From the human T2T-CHM13v2.0 reference genome, Homo sapiens, in assembly GCF_009914755.1 (NCBI RefSeq), contig NC_060929.1: DNA of 64,000 bases. The stretch is one strand, 5' to 3'. The position numbers were made by a program, and so were the translations under genes. The notes beneath the pieces are model-generated. The model did not search any database, was not told where the DNA came from, and saw nothing but the letters and a program-made list of their open reading frames with translations. Shown here piece by piece: positions 26,891 through 38,654 of the stretch. The stretch's first letter is position 1. Each line of letters opens with the position of its first letter.

Positions 26891-28760
26891 TATGGGCAGA
26901 ACTTTGAGGAGTGCATTTGCTTGTCCACTAGTGTGAAATGAAAGATAGAAGTATGGATCTACATAGATTTATAGGTAGTTGCTAATGGTTTGGCTGGATA
27001 GACAGGAACTTGGAAGGAGCAGGATTGGAAGATTAGTGATAATAAAGTCTGGGGAAGATATATATGGATGGATCTCTCTCATAATGGGCACAAACGGTGA
27101 AGATATTTGAGTCCCGTGTGAATGCCCAAAGGGCATCATTACTGTAGAAGAGATTAATAATCAGACAAAATAACATGCTCAGAAGCTGTCAGCCTCTTCC
27201 CTCAGCCACCCTAGTGCTTGCTCAATGGGAACATGAACAAAGAAGCCAAGTTGGCAGGGATGGAGGCTATGCAGGAGCTTAACAGGGTGGACTTCCCCTT
27301 ATAAAGGCTGTACTAATACTATAGCTGCGTGCCTAACCTATCTACAGCAGAGACTAAACACTGAGCCCCTGATATGACACCATTCCCTGGGGGTGAGTAG
27401 ACAGTCACCTGGTGGCAGATTGATTACAATGGACCTTTTCTATTATGAAGGAGGCAGAGATTTGTCACCATGAGAATAGATATGTATTCTAGAAATCGAC
27501 TTACCTTCTTTGCACATAGTGCTTCTGCCAGCACCACCATCCATGGATTCACAAAATGCCTATCCACCATTATGACATTCTCCATAGCGTTGCTTCTGAT
27601 CCAAGAACCCACTTCTCAGCAAAGAAAGTGGTGCAATGGATTAATTCCCATGGAATTAACAGGTCTCACTATATACCCCATTAACTGGAAGTGGCTGGGC
27701 TAAATGAAAGGTGCAGTCACTTACAGAAGACTCAGTTGGAGCACCATTTGGGATTAAACACCCTGAAAGGATTGGGTTCTGTCTTAAAGGACATAGTATA
27801 TGCTTTGAGTCAGAGACCATAATATGGCGTTATTTCCCCATAGCCAGAATACAAGGGTCTGGGAATCAAGGGATATAAATAGAGTTACATCTCTTACTAT
27901 TATGTCTAGTAATCTATGCACAGAATTTTAGCTTTACACAGGAGCTACAACTATGATTTCATTAAACTGAAAGAAGGATCTGGTCATTTTGGGCTTAAGG
28001 ACTGTGATAGTCTGAATGTGTCTTCAAAATTCATGTATCAGAAATTTCATCTCCAATGCAACAGTGTTGGGAAGTAGGGCCTAATGCAAGGTGTTTAGGT
28101 CATGAGGCCTCCACCTTAATGAGTAGATTAACACCATCATAAAAGGGCTTTTGTGGTGGGTTCACGCTCTTCCACTCTTCTGCCATGTGAGAACACAGCG
28201 TTCATCCTCTCTTGCCCTTCCACCTTCCATGGGAAGACATAGCAAGAAGGCCCACACAAGATGCTGGCACCCTGATCTTGGACTTTCCAGCCTCTAGAAC
28301 TGTGAGAAATAAATTTCTGTTCTTTATAAATTACTCAGTTTCAGGTATCTTGTTATAACTGCATAAACAGACCAGGACAAGGCCACTGAATCAAAAGGCA
28401 GAATAAGAAGTTACTCTACTGGCTGGAGTGATTGATCCTGATTACCACGGGATGATTGGATTGCAGCTATATAATGGGGGCAAGAGAGACTATTTCTGGA
28501 ACCGAGGAGATTCTGTAGGTCACTTCCATACCCACTAGTAAAAGTTAATGGAAAACTACAGTAACCAAAATATAGGCAGGGTAATTGAGGACTCAGAGCC
28601 TTCAGGAATTAAGGTTTTGGTCACTCTACCAGGTAAAGACCCCAGTCTGCTGAAGTCCTGACTAAGCATGGGGAAGCACAGATTGGTTAGTAGAAGAAGG
28701 AAGCCATAGATATCAATTATAACCTCAAGACAGTGATAGAGACGAGGAGTGTACCAGTTC
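26891..28760 (+). pseudogene. ERVL internal pol relic: RNase H - integrase - dUTPase, interrupted by a MaLR LTR at 28003-28379
   Basis: Translates piecewise to VANGLAG..GTWKEQDWKISDNKVWGR (RNase H), TWWQIDYNGP and IDMYS..FFAHSASASTTIHG..KCL (integrase core) and VTLLAGVIDPDYHGMIGL.LYNGGK (dUTPase motif 3). Many stops and frameshifts. Confidence 0.88.
28003..28379 (+). mobile_element. MaLR solo LTR (MSTC/MSTD/MLT1A1-like)
   Basis: TG...CA ends; 'gatcttggactttccagcctctagaactgtgagaaataaatttctgttctttataaattac'. TSD aggac/aggcc (4 of 5 match). Confidence 0.88.
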
Positions 28761-28779
28761 TGCATATTTTCTCTAGAGG

Positions 28780-29524
28780 AGGAGGAGACTGCAGGCTAGT
28801 TGAGGTACAAAGAGTCAGAGGGAGGGAGAAGACTTTCCCATAAGACAGACCAATCTCCACTCCCCATAAGCTTCCTTTGGAAGATAAAGGAGCTGAAAGC
28901 AGTGAGAGCAAAATCAGTAGGCCATGTCCATGATGGGTGGCCAGAGAAGGAATATCTCATTGACAGCGGGTATTTCCTTATGGGATCCAACCTCCAGGAC
29001 TGAGTTGTTCCAGGAATTGTATAGCCAGACACAGCCACAGGGCAAGCATATACTCAGGGTTCTCATAGGGAATGTTGTTCTCTCTGGGGCTGGGAAGCTT
29101 TGGATGGTGGTGAGGGTAGCGGCAGGGCTAACCTGGGACCTGCCATATAGAGCCCCTGTTTCTTAGTGGCAGTGGCAGCCAGAGAGCCACAGCCTGCTTA
29201 TGTAACAGCCACCAGTGGGACCCAATTGTGACATTTTCAGCAGGAGAGACAAAAATGGGCAACCGTCTAGGGAAAAGGAGTGCCCAAAATTGTGAGTACG
29301 GGTTACTAGGTACAATAGTGCAAGAAGGCTGGATTTCTGGGCCCATGTATTACGGCAATGGAAAAAATGGCATCATGTATTGGTTGCTGGTTTAAAATTG
29401 CAACTGTAGCCTGTTGGAGAGCCCCCAGTCTTGCAAGGTATGGTCTTGCAACCAGCCGTAGCTAAGGGCTCAGGAGTCGATTCCAATATTCTATAAGGCC
29501 AGACGATTCTGGGACATAGGGTTT
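28780..29524 (-). mobile_element. Second ERVL-type internal relic: integrase C-terminal region plus unassigned downstream sequence
   Basis: The minus strand gives PYVPESSGLIEYWNRLL, ILNQQPIHDAIFSIAVIHGP and TIVPSNPYSQF, homologous to ERVL IN (PEAAGLIERWNGLL..LNQRPIYG..SPIARIHG..TITPSDPL). Confidence 0.7.
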
Positions 29525-29750
29525 GTATCAGTTGGGGTTCAGTCAGGGAAGGAGAACCATTATGAGTGAAATGGAATGAAAGATTTCTTTAGGGGATTCA
29601 AACTTATGTAAGTGGGGGAGCTGGTGAAGAATTCCACAGAAAGCTGTTTTCTCTGCATCTCATGGTGGGCCTAAAGTTGTTATAGGTTACAGACCTACAG
29701 CTCAGGAAGAAACACTGGACATAAAGTGGGCAGGGCAAGGACAAACGAGT
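29525..29750 (-). mobile_element. ERVL LTR fragment (LTR52/LTR50-like, tentative)
   Basis: The minus strand ends 'ctgactgaaccccaactgataca', a typical ERVL LTR terminus; 'gggagctggtgaagaa...ggtgggcctaaagt'. Confidence 0.6.
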
Positions 29751-29754
29751 CTGT

Positions 29755-30025
29755 GGTGATGGTTGATTTTATGTATCAACTTGGCTGTGCTACACTACCC
29801 AGTTATTTAATCAAACACAAATCTAGATGTGATTAACATCTGCAGTCAGTTGACTTTACATAAAGGAGATTACCTTTCATGATCTGGGTGGGCCTTGTCC
29901 AATCAGTCAGAGGCCGTAAGAGCAGAAACTGGGGTTTCCCAGAGAAGAAGAAAGTCTGCCTGTGGCCTGCAGCATCAGCTGCTGCTGGAGTTTCCAGTTC
30001 TTCCACATAGACTGCGAGAACTCGG
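29755..30025 (+). mobile_element. MLT2C/D-type ERVL LTR, 5' part
   Basis: 'gtgatggttgattttatgtatcaacttggctg...gggtgggccttgtccaatcagt...gcagaaactggggtttcccagagaagaagaaa'. Confidence 0.85.
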
Positions 30026-30389
30026 CCTGCCCCACTCCTGTGTGTATTCCTAGCAGTGCTGAGCATAAGGCTTGGCCCAGAGTGGATGCTCAATAAATAT
30101 TTCCTGTATTGAAACGACATCCATCTGTCGGAGTCAGTGTGAACAGAGCTGTGCCTTGGGGCAGAGGCGGAAGCTGGGGGACCTAGCAGGGCCTTTCCTG
30201 TCCTTAGGTCCTATGACATTAAGCGGGAAGCACTCCAGATTGTGAATAGGTTGTTGGGAGACAAAGCGGGAAGCGAATCCGAGATCTATAAAGCAAAAAT
30301 GAAAATTGAGGGGGAGTGCTGGAAGAGATGCAACTTCAGGGGAAGATTCCAAAACCCCGGCTTTGCTAAGAGTGCTTGCTGCAGGTGAG

Positions 30390-30545
30390 AACTTACATTG
30401 GCTGTTCTGAGGGGCCAGGCGCTTTCTAAGTGCTTCCTGTGTATTAACTCATTTCACTCTCACAAGGACCCCATGAGATAAGTGCTCTTCTGTGCTCCCT
30501 GTCTCAAGGATGAGAAAATGGAGGAACAAAAAGTTAAGTAGCTAG
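30390..30545 (-). mobile_element. MIR SINE
   Basis: 'ctaagtgctt...gtattaactcatttcactctcacaaggaccccatgagataagt...gatgagaaaatggagg'. Confidence 0.8.
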
Positions 30546-31691
30546 AAAAGGATTCATTTCTCCCCCTGGAGGCTTCTTCTCCAGGCAGACCACTCAGACA
30601 GTGAGAAGTGGTCCTTTTGTCTATCGCGTCTAATTCCAGCCCAGAGCTCCACTGGATTGTATCTTCCAGAGTTTGCCAAGAAAGTCCCCAAAGGGCTGAG
30701 TGAGTTTCCTATCCTCTCAGGGCCCATAGTACGCTCTACATCAGCCCTGGTGGTCTTCAGTGTGGGGACAGATTTCTGTGCAAATCTTTTCACTCAGAGC
30801 TGCAGGGCTGGCTTTGTGGCCACATGTGTGATTCATAAAGTTTGCATTTTCCACAGGACTTGGTTTCCAGAGCCTTTTGGCCTGAGCACTACAAGCTTTC
30901 AAGAATTTCAGCTGAGAAATGCTATCCACAGATTGCTCAGCTACATGCATCCTCCCCACGGCTGTGAAGTTTGGCATGGGTGTTCTATTATTGCTCTGGG
31001 ATCAGATTTTGGAATTTTATTTTATTAATATTCTTTTCTGCAAGGATTTGGGAGGGGGGTCTGGAGCAATACTGGTTTCTCCAGGTTCATCATTATTCCC
31101 CACTGACATGCATGATTGCCCTCTTTCTGTCAATTTTGACCCCGTTTGCCACGTTGACTCATGTCTTTCTTATCCTGAGGGCTGGTCCTTGTGCAGTGCA
31201 TGGGAGAGGAGTGTGACTATAGGTGAAGGAATATGTTTAGAATAGCTATAAATTTGCAGTCATCACATTAGTTGGCTTTAAGAACTCTCTGTTTACATTA
31301 ATTTTTAAAATAAGCTCGGCTTCAAGACTAGGGGTTTGATTTTTGTCCCTCTTGGGACTCCTTCTCCGATCCCCCGCTATCCTGGGTTGTGAAAGTTCTC
31401 AGGACCACATTGGCCAGCACACGGGAAGGTGTTCTGGTCCCCATCTCACACTGGCCATCCTGATGTGCTACTTGTCCAATCTGACACAGTCTGGCTAGGG
31501 CAGCTTTGCTATTTTTACACCCAGATTGGGCACCAGACTATTGCAAGAGCTGAGATCCCTGGGTCCTGGGTCCTGGTTCCTGCTTTGGAGGTCTGCTAAC
31601 TTTCTGCCATCCTCCCAGGACACTGGACCTTGCTGATTATGGAACCCCTGAGACACCATCTTCTCCGTGTTCTGGGGACTGTCCCCCTCTC

Positions 31692-32145
31692 TGTTATGGG
31701 TGGTATTGTATCCCCTCCAAAATAGACATGTTGAAATTCTAACTCCTAGTACCTCAGAATGTGACCTTATTTGGAAATGGGGTAATTGCAAATGTAATTA
31801 GTTAAATTAAGATGAGGTTATCCTGGAGTATGGCAGGCCCTCAATTCTGGTTTCCTTATCAGAAGAGTAGAAGAGATATGCAGGGAGAAGGCCATGTGAT
31901 AATAAAGGCAGAGATGGGAGGTATCCATCTGCAAGCCAAGGAACGCCTGGGACTGCCACTGCCAGCAAAACACTGGAAGCTGGGAGGAGGCCAGGAAGAA
32001 TGCCCCACATGTTTCTGAGGGACCAAGGCCCTGCAGACACCTTGATCTTGAACTTCTTGCCTTTTAAATAGTGAAACAATAATATGCTGTCTGAAGCCAC
32101 CCAGTTAGTGATACTTTGTTATGGCAGCCCTAGGAAACAAGTATA
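31692..32145 (+). mobile_element. MaLR solo LTR, MLT1C-like
   Basis: 'tgttatggg...gtacctcagaatgtgaccttatttggaaat...gcaagccaaggaacgcc...ctttgttatggcagccctaggaaac'. Confidence 0.9.
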
Positions 32146-33023
32146 TCCTCCATCTCAGGGTGAGCAGTTTGCCTGCCCCTCCACCCTCTGGGAGCACCCA
32201 GCATAACCCCTCCTCAATGGGCATCTGAATGGGCACTCACAATATTGGGTACTCTTCTCAGAGGGTGAGTGTTGCAAAGGTGTTGCTGAGACCAGCCACT
32301 TTTCTTCTATTGACCAACCCTGTAATTTAGTTCTACCATGATTCAGTTCCAAGCAGAACTAAATCATACATAGCAGGAGACCAGGGCCAGATAGAGTTTA
32401 GAGCCAACATCCAAATACACAAAGTTTTCTTTTCAGTTGACTCTTCTACTGCAGAGACAAAGGTGAGACCCTGGTTTGGTGAAAGATGTTTCTCAGAATG
32501 CTGTAGAACAGGGCTTTCTGTGGGAAATGAAGACTTATGAAAGTCAAATGTTTGTGAAATGCAAACTCTTGCATATTTTTATGGCACATGGCAGTCATAA
32601 CCACGACATGAGCTATGGAATAAAGGAAACCAACAGTTATCCCTTGCTCTTTGTGTATACAGAGAGTAACGTTGCTTTTTGGCAGTGATCAGAAGGGGAA
32701 CTGTCGTTTACAGACTGCTGTTCAAAGTGACTGGGAGATGGGAGTCCCAAGTAAGTTCTCTTGATCCTCATTTTGCAGAGTTCCCTCTAGCATGACAGGC
32801 CCTACTGGGCTCTGAATAAAGAGCTACTGACTGTGTGTATCTAGTCTAAATTCCCTGGGCAGGAGTGTCAGCAGCACTTGCCAGCCTGCATTTGCCATGA
32901 GCAGGTTGCTGTGGGTGACAGCCAACTGGAAGAAATGCATTAGCCCGATGAACTGACCTCCAGGGACTTCCTCTCTTTACTGTAGACCCTTCTGATCTTT
33001 TACAAAAACTCGTAATTTAGATG

Positions 33024-35144
33024 GAGAACTCACTCACTATCATGAGAATAGCAAAGGGGAAATCTGCCCCTATAATCTAATCCACTCCCACCAGGTCCCT
33101 CCCCCAACATTGGGAATTATAATTAGACATGAGATTTAGGTGGGGACACAGAGCCAAACCATATCATTGTGCTCCTGGCCACTCCAAAATCTCATGTCCT
33201 TCTCACATTTCAAAACACAGTCATGCCTTCCCAGCAATCCCACAAAGTCTTAACTCATTAACTCAAAAGTTCAGGTCCAAAGTTTAATCTGAGACAAGGC
33301 AAGTCCCTTCTGCCTATAAGCCTGTAAAATGAAAAACAAGTTAATTACTTCCAAGATACAATGGAGGTACAGGCATAGGGTTAATGCTCCCATTCCAAAA
33401 GGGAGAAATTCGTCAAAACAAAGGAGCTACAGGCTCTGTGCAAGTCTGAAACCCAGCAAGGCAGTCATTAAATTTTAAAGCCCCAGAAAAATCTCCTTTG
33501 ACTTCGTGTCTCATATCCAGGGCACACTGATGCTAAGGGTGGGCTCCCAAGGCCTTGGGCATCTCCATCCCTATGGCACTGCAGGGTATAGCCCTCTCAA
33601 CTGCTTTCATGTGCTGGCATTGAGTGCCTGCAGCCTTTCCAGGCTCATGGTGCAAGCTATTGGTGGGTCTACCATTCTGGGGTCTGGAGGATTATGGCCC
33701 TCTTCTCACAGCTCCACTATGCAGTGCCCTAGTGGGGACTGTCTGTGGGCGCTCCAACCCCACATGTCTCCTCTGCACTGCCCTAGCAGAGGTTCTCCAT
33801 GAGGGCTCTACCCTGCAGCAGACTTCTGCCTAGACATCAGGTATTCCCATAAATCCTTTGAAATCTAGGTGGAGGCTAGATTTCAAACCTCAGCTCTTGC
33901 CTTCTGCATACCTGCAGGACCAATACTCCATAGAAGCTGCCAAGGCTTGGGGCTTACACCCTCTCAAGCAACAGTCTGAGTTATACTTGGCCTCTTTTAG
34001 TCATGGCTGGAGCTGGAGTGTCTGGGACACAGGGCACCATGTCTTGAGGCTGCACAGAGCAGCGGGGCCCTGGGTCTGGCCCACAAAACCATTTTTTCCC
34101 TCTTATGCCTCTAGGCCCGTGATGGGAGGGGCTGCTGCTAAGGTCTCTGAAATGCCCTGAAGGCATTTTCCCTATTGTCTTGGCTATTAACATTCTGCTC
34201 CCTTGAGTTTTTCTCCCATAAAATGGGTTTTTCTTTTCTACAACATGGTCGGTCTGCAAATTTTCCAAACTTTTATGCTCTGTTTCCCTTTTAAATATAA
34301 ATTCTAGTTTTAGGTCATTTCTTTGTTATGAAAATGAGTGTAGGCTTTTAGAAGCAGTCAGGCCACATCTTGAATGCTTTTCTGCTTAGAAATTTCTTCC
34401 ACCAGATACATAAATCATCTCTCAAAGTTCAAAGTTTCACAGATCTCTAAAGCAGGGGCACAATGCTGCCAATCTCTTTGCTAAAGCATAGCAAGAGGGA
34501 CCTTTACTCCAGTTCCTAATAAGTTCCTCATCTTCATCTGAGATCTAATCAGCCTGGCCATCTTTGTCCATATCACCATCAGCATTTTGGTCAAAACCAT
34601 TCAACAAGTCTCTAGGAAATTCCGAACCTTTCCTCATCTTCCTGTCTTCTTCTGAGCCCTCCAAAGTCTTCCAACCTCTGCTCATTATCCAGTTCCAAAG
34701 TTGCTTTGACATTTTCAGGTATCTTTATAGCAATGCCCCCTTTCTGGTACCAATTTTCTTGTATTAGTCTGTTCTCACACTGCTGTAAATAACTACCTGA
34801 GACTGGGTGATTTATAAAGAAAAGAGGTTTAATTGGCTCACAGTTCTGCAGGTTGTACAGGAAGCATGCCTGGGGAAGCCTCAGGAAACTTACAATCATG
34901 GTGGAAGGTGAAGAGGAAGCAAGCACATCTTCACATAGCAGCAGGAGAGAGAGAAAGTAAAGGGGGAAGTGCTACATGCTTTTAAACAGCCAGATAGCAT
35001 AAGAACTCAACTCATTATCACAAGAACAGCAAGAGGGAAATCTGCCCCCATGATTCAATCACCTCCCACCAGGTGTCCCACCCACCTTCGGGAATTACAG
35101 TTCAACATGTGATTTGGGTGGGGACACAGAGGCAAACCATAACA
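33024..35144 (-). mobile_element. MSTA-type MaLR provirus: full 5' LTR (34760-35144), internal region (33167-34759), truncated 3' LTR (33024-33166)
   Basis: Both LTRs end 'ggggacacaga...caaaccata(t/a)ca'. PBS-region 'aattggtaccag' on the minus strand. Internal-ORF relics ENWYQKGGIAIKIPENVKATLELDN and ENLQTDHVVEKKNPF. Confidence 0.93.
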
Positions 35145-35289
35145 GTGTTGAAGCACAAATGGTTTTGGTATATAGCTGCACTTGATATTGGATGCCTCCA
35201 CTCATTCCTTGGGCCTTTAATTGTGCATACATAAAAATTGGCTCATCTAGTGGGGTTCTAAGCTTGGAATTTTCAGCTGTGGAGGCTTT

Positions 35290-35545
35290 TGTTTTTCAAA
35301 TTAAACTCTTTTTGAGATTCACATGCAGTTGTAAAAAATAATACAGAGATATCCTCTACACACTTTACCTAGCTTCCCCCATGACAACATCTTGCAAAAC
35401 CATAGTGAAATATCACAACCAGAATATCAATGATGATACAATCAAGATGCAGTGAGTTCGATCACCACCATAATCCAACCCCACCCAACTCTGTCCCTAG
35501 TCCCTGACAACCACTACTATGGTCTCCATTTCTATGCTTTTGAAA
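35290..35545 (-). mobile_element. L1MC/MD-type 3' end fragment
   Basis: 'agattcacatgcagttgtaaaaaataatacagagat...catcttgcaaaaccatagtgaaatatcacaaccag'. Confidence 0.8.
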
Positions 35546-35664
35546 GACATGGTATTCATCAGGTCAATCTTGGTGAAGTTGACTTTATTCCTCACTAGTG
35601 TCCTAAGCCCTCTGCCATTTGGATGGATAAAGAAGCTGTTCTCCATGCTGTTTACAAGGTCAGC

Positions 35665-36078
35665 ATCATAGTGGCTAACTATGCAGGCTCCAGAGGCAGT
35701 TTTTTTAGGTTTGAATTCTACCTATCAAAATTACTAGCTGTGTGACCTAAGACAAGTTACCTGACTTCTCTATGACTCAGGTTTTTTTTGTATAGGAAGT
35801 GCGGATGATAATAAAAGGACTCAGCTGAGAAGATTGTTAAAGGATTAACTGAGTTAATAGATCTAAGTATGAAGAACAGTGCTTCTCAAGCTTTCGTGTC
35901 ATACAAATTACCTGGGTCTTGTTAAAATGCAGCTTCTGATTCAGCAGCTGGGGTCTGAGATGCTGCATGTCTAACAAGTCCCCGGGTGCTGCTGCTGCTG
36001 GTCCACAGCCCACACTCTGAGCAGCAGGAACTCAGAACAGTGCCAGGCCAGAGTAAGCACTCAGTAATTGTTGGTTAT
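35665..36078 (+). mobile_element. MIR, near full length, split by MER5A
   Basis: 'gcatcatagtggctaa...ttactagctgtgtgacctaagacaagttac' then, after MER5A, 'agaacagtgccaggccagagtaagcactcagtaa'. Confidence 0.85.
35877..36028. mobile_element. MER5A hAT-Charlie MITE
   Basis: 'cagtgcttctcaagcttt...cttgttaaaatgcagcttctgattcagcag...ctgcatgtctaacaag...gctgctggtcc...cacactctgagcagcagg'. Confidence 0.88.
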
Positions 36079-36749
36079 GTTTTCTCAGCATGAGTCTGAA
36101 GCTGTGCTGGACAGAACCCAAAGCAGTGAACCTTAGCTTCAAGGCTCAGACTCTGGAATGCCCCTGACTTTGTCAGTCCCAGGGCCAGACTGGACCTCTG
36201 AGAATGAGGCAGACAGCCCTAAAGGAAATGGGTGAGAGTGCAGTTGGTGCCCTTGGTCCCAAATCTCTATCTTAGTGCTGCTTCCTACAGGAAGAGGCAG
36301 GCCTCAGGAGTTCCCTAGCTCCCTCACCAGCTTCCTGTCTGCCTCCAGAACAGCAGCTCCTGCAGCTGCCTCTCTTCCTTCACCGGATAGGCAGATGCGG
36401 GGAGAGACAGCAGTTTCAGACAGATGAGAGAAGCAAGAACACCTGTGCCCAGGTAGCTGGGAGCAGCTCTAAATTGCCAAAGGTTGGCCTGCTCTTATTA
36501 CATCAGTGACAGTAATGGGGTTGACAACTGTGCCCAGGGAGCAGTTCTACAATGCTCCTTTATGGAGTCTTTGTGCCCTAGGTTGCCATGGTTCCCAGAC
36601 CTGAGCCAGCAGCCTTGGGTAAGGTGAGCAAACTGGGATTTTTCTGACAGTTGCAAAGCCACCTTCCAGGCATTAAATCCCACAAAAAACATGGCCTCCT
36701 TGTGAAAATACACCTGGCACATCACTGTATAAAGCTAAAAGCCTCACTC

Positions 36750-37380
36750 CTTTTCTTCCCTCCCCGGTCCTTTTCTCAAGGAGTAACCACTATCAACTGA
36801 CTGGTGTGTGTCTTTCTGCTACTCTCTCTAGGGGTGCATATTATACATTCATATATAAACAATAATGAATCATACTATGCACATTGCCTCACTACTTCAA
36901 CTTGCTTTTCTCACTTCAGAATAAATCCTGGACTTTTAAATTTTTTGACCGTATTAACCTGGGGATCTGCCTCATTACTCTTAACAGCTACACCCTACAG
37001 TGTGGATATACCACAGTGTAGTTTACTCATGCTTCACAGATGAACGTTCAGTTTGTGTCCAAGTTTTTGCCTTTACAAGTTGCAGTAAACATTCTCAAGA
37101 ATAGGTGCCTGAGAGTGGCATCATCAGAGCAAAATGCATATTCATTTTTGATAGGTGGTGCCCTATGAAAAGATCATACCCCCCACTATTAACCTTCCAC
37201 TGGCAATGCATACAAATCCCTTCCACACACCCACCCCTGCTGTGGCAAGCTATGAACAAGCTGTTTGATTTTTGTCAGACTGCTAGGGAAAGATAACATC
37301 TTGTGCTTGTTTCAAGTTGCATTTCTCTAATCATTAGAATGGTGGAGCATCTCTTCTGAGGTTTATTTGCCATCTGCATC
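36750..37380 (-). mobile_element. Old L1ME-type 3' fragment
   Basis: 'gagtaaccactatcaac...gtggatataccacag...ttccactggcaatgcat...ttgcatttctctaatcattag...gagcatctctt'. Confidence 0.7.
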
Positions 37381-38224
37381 TCATGAAATCAGGATCCTAG
37401 TAACCCCCTGGCCAGGATACGCTGCCTGCCTGGCTCAGCTCACCACTGAGAGCTTCACGGGAGGAGGTAAGCAGTATTTATTTGTTTAACTTAAAGACTT
37501 TGCTGCAGAAGCAGTCACTGCAGTCCCCAGAGGGCCTGCAGCTCATGTTGGAAGAAAGAAGAAAGCTTCCATGTGACCCTAAACTCTTTCTGTTCTGGTA
37601 ACTGTTAGTCGTCATTCTGTGTCTGTGATGGTGCAACTCCTGCTAGCCCCTGTGTCCAAATAAGAGGCCCATCTGTGGGTCTGCATGGTCCTAATACAGA
37701 GAGATGCAGCCAATGGGGAGACCCCTGGGCCTGGGGCCAGCAGACCTGAGTTCAAATCCTGGCTCTTCCTGTTGAAGGCAGGGGTGAGCTTCCCCCAGCT
37801 TACCTCCTCCTCATTCTCTTTGCCGTCTTGCAGCTTTTGACCTGCCTCTCCCCCTCCTCAGGTCCCTTGGGAGCAAGGGGTGAGCTTTTGCTTCTGTGAC
37901 ACTACTGTTGCCAGCTTCTTTCTCTGTTCTGTCACCACTCTTTCCCTCCTGCCTTCGAAGGGTCCTTCTCTCAGTGTCCTCCAATTCCCCCTCTATACAT
38001 TCCAGGTGCATCCCAATAATATCCACTAGGGCGGCTTCAGTGTCATCTCCTGCACCAGGCAGGAGCTCTCTCCTGGGTTCCAGCTCACATTCTCCACTGC
38101 CTTCGGAGCAATTCTGCCTGGTGCCCTGTGCCCAGGAATGCTCACAATGTTCACTTTCCAGTGTGTTTCTCCCTAAAGCTGATCCTTTGTGCTGTGAATT
38201 AGTCAGTCACTCAAGCCAAAGACC

Positions 38225-38312
38225 TCAAGAGTCAGCCTTTGGGTTCTCCCTCTCTGTTGCTAGGAATTTTTCCATGACATATCATTGCTCACTGAATAAA
38301 ATTCAGGTTCTT
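38225..38312 (+). repeat. 88-bp direct repeat, copy 1 (donor, within L2)
   Basis: 83/88 identical to 39185-39272, ungapped, offset 960 bp. Confidence 0.95.
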
Positions 38313-38441
38313 TGGATTTTGCCCCAGCTGAATTTCCTGGTTTTCCTTCTCTGAGTTCCCTACATGTATCTTGCATTCAAGTCAAATCAGGCTACTTATA
38401 ATTACTCCTGTAATCATACTTTCTGATCTCTGTACTTAGAA

Positions 38442-38654
38442 CAGAGTTTCTCAGCCTTGGCATGATTGACATGTTGAGCCAGATACTTTTTTGTTGAGGG
38501 AGCCGTTTTGTGTATTGCAGGATGTTTGGTAGCATCTTGACTTCTCTCCAGTAGTATCACCCTGTCCCCAGTCATAACAACTAAAAATGTCTGTAGACAT
38601 TACCAAAGGTCCAACCCCTGGGGGACAAAAATCATACTCTGGTAAGAACCAGTG
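38442..38654. mobile_element. MER20 hAT-Charlie MITE
   Basis: 'cagagtttctcagccttggcatgattgacat...gcaggatgtttggtagcatc...acaactaaaaatgtctgtagacattaccaaa...aagaaccagtg'. Confidence 0.9.

Noticed and set aside
37460-37810. Perfect 13-bp inverted repeat GGAGGAGGTAAGC / GCTTACCTCCTCC about 330 bp apart, each a splice-donor consensus
   Set aside because: About one such pair within 500 bp is expected by chance in 64 kb. There is no TSD or MITE-like interior.
38020-38040. CTCF-like CCACTAGGGCGGC (also weak matches near 19971 and 27405)
   Set aside because: Mismatches at highly constrained core positions.
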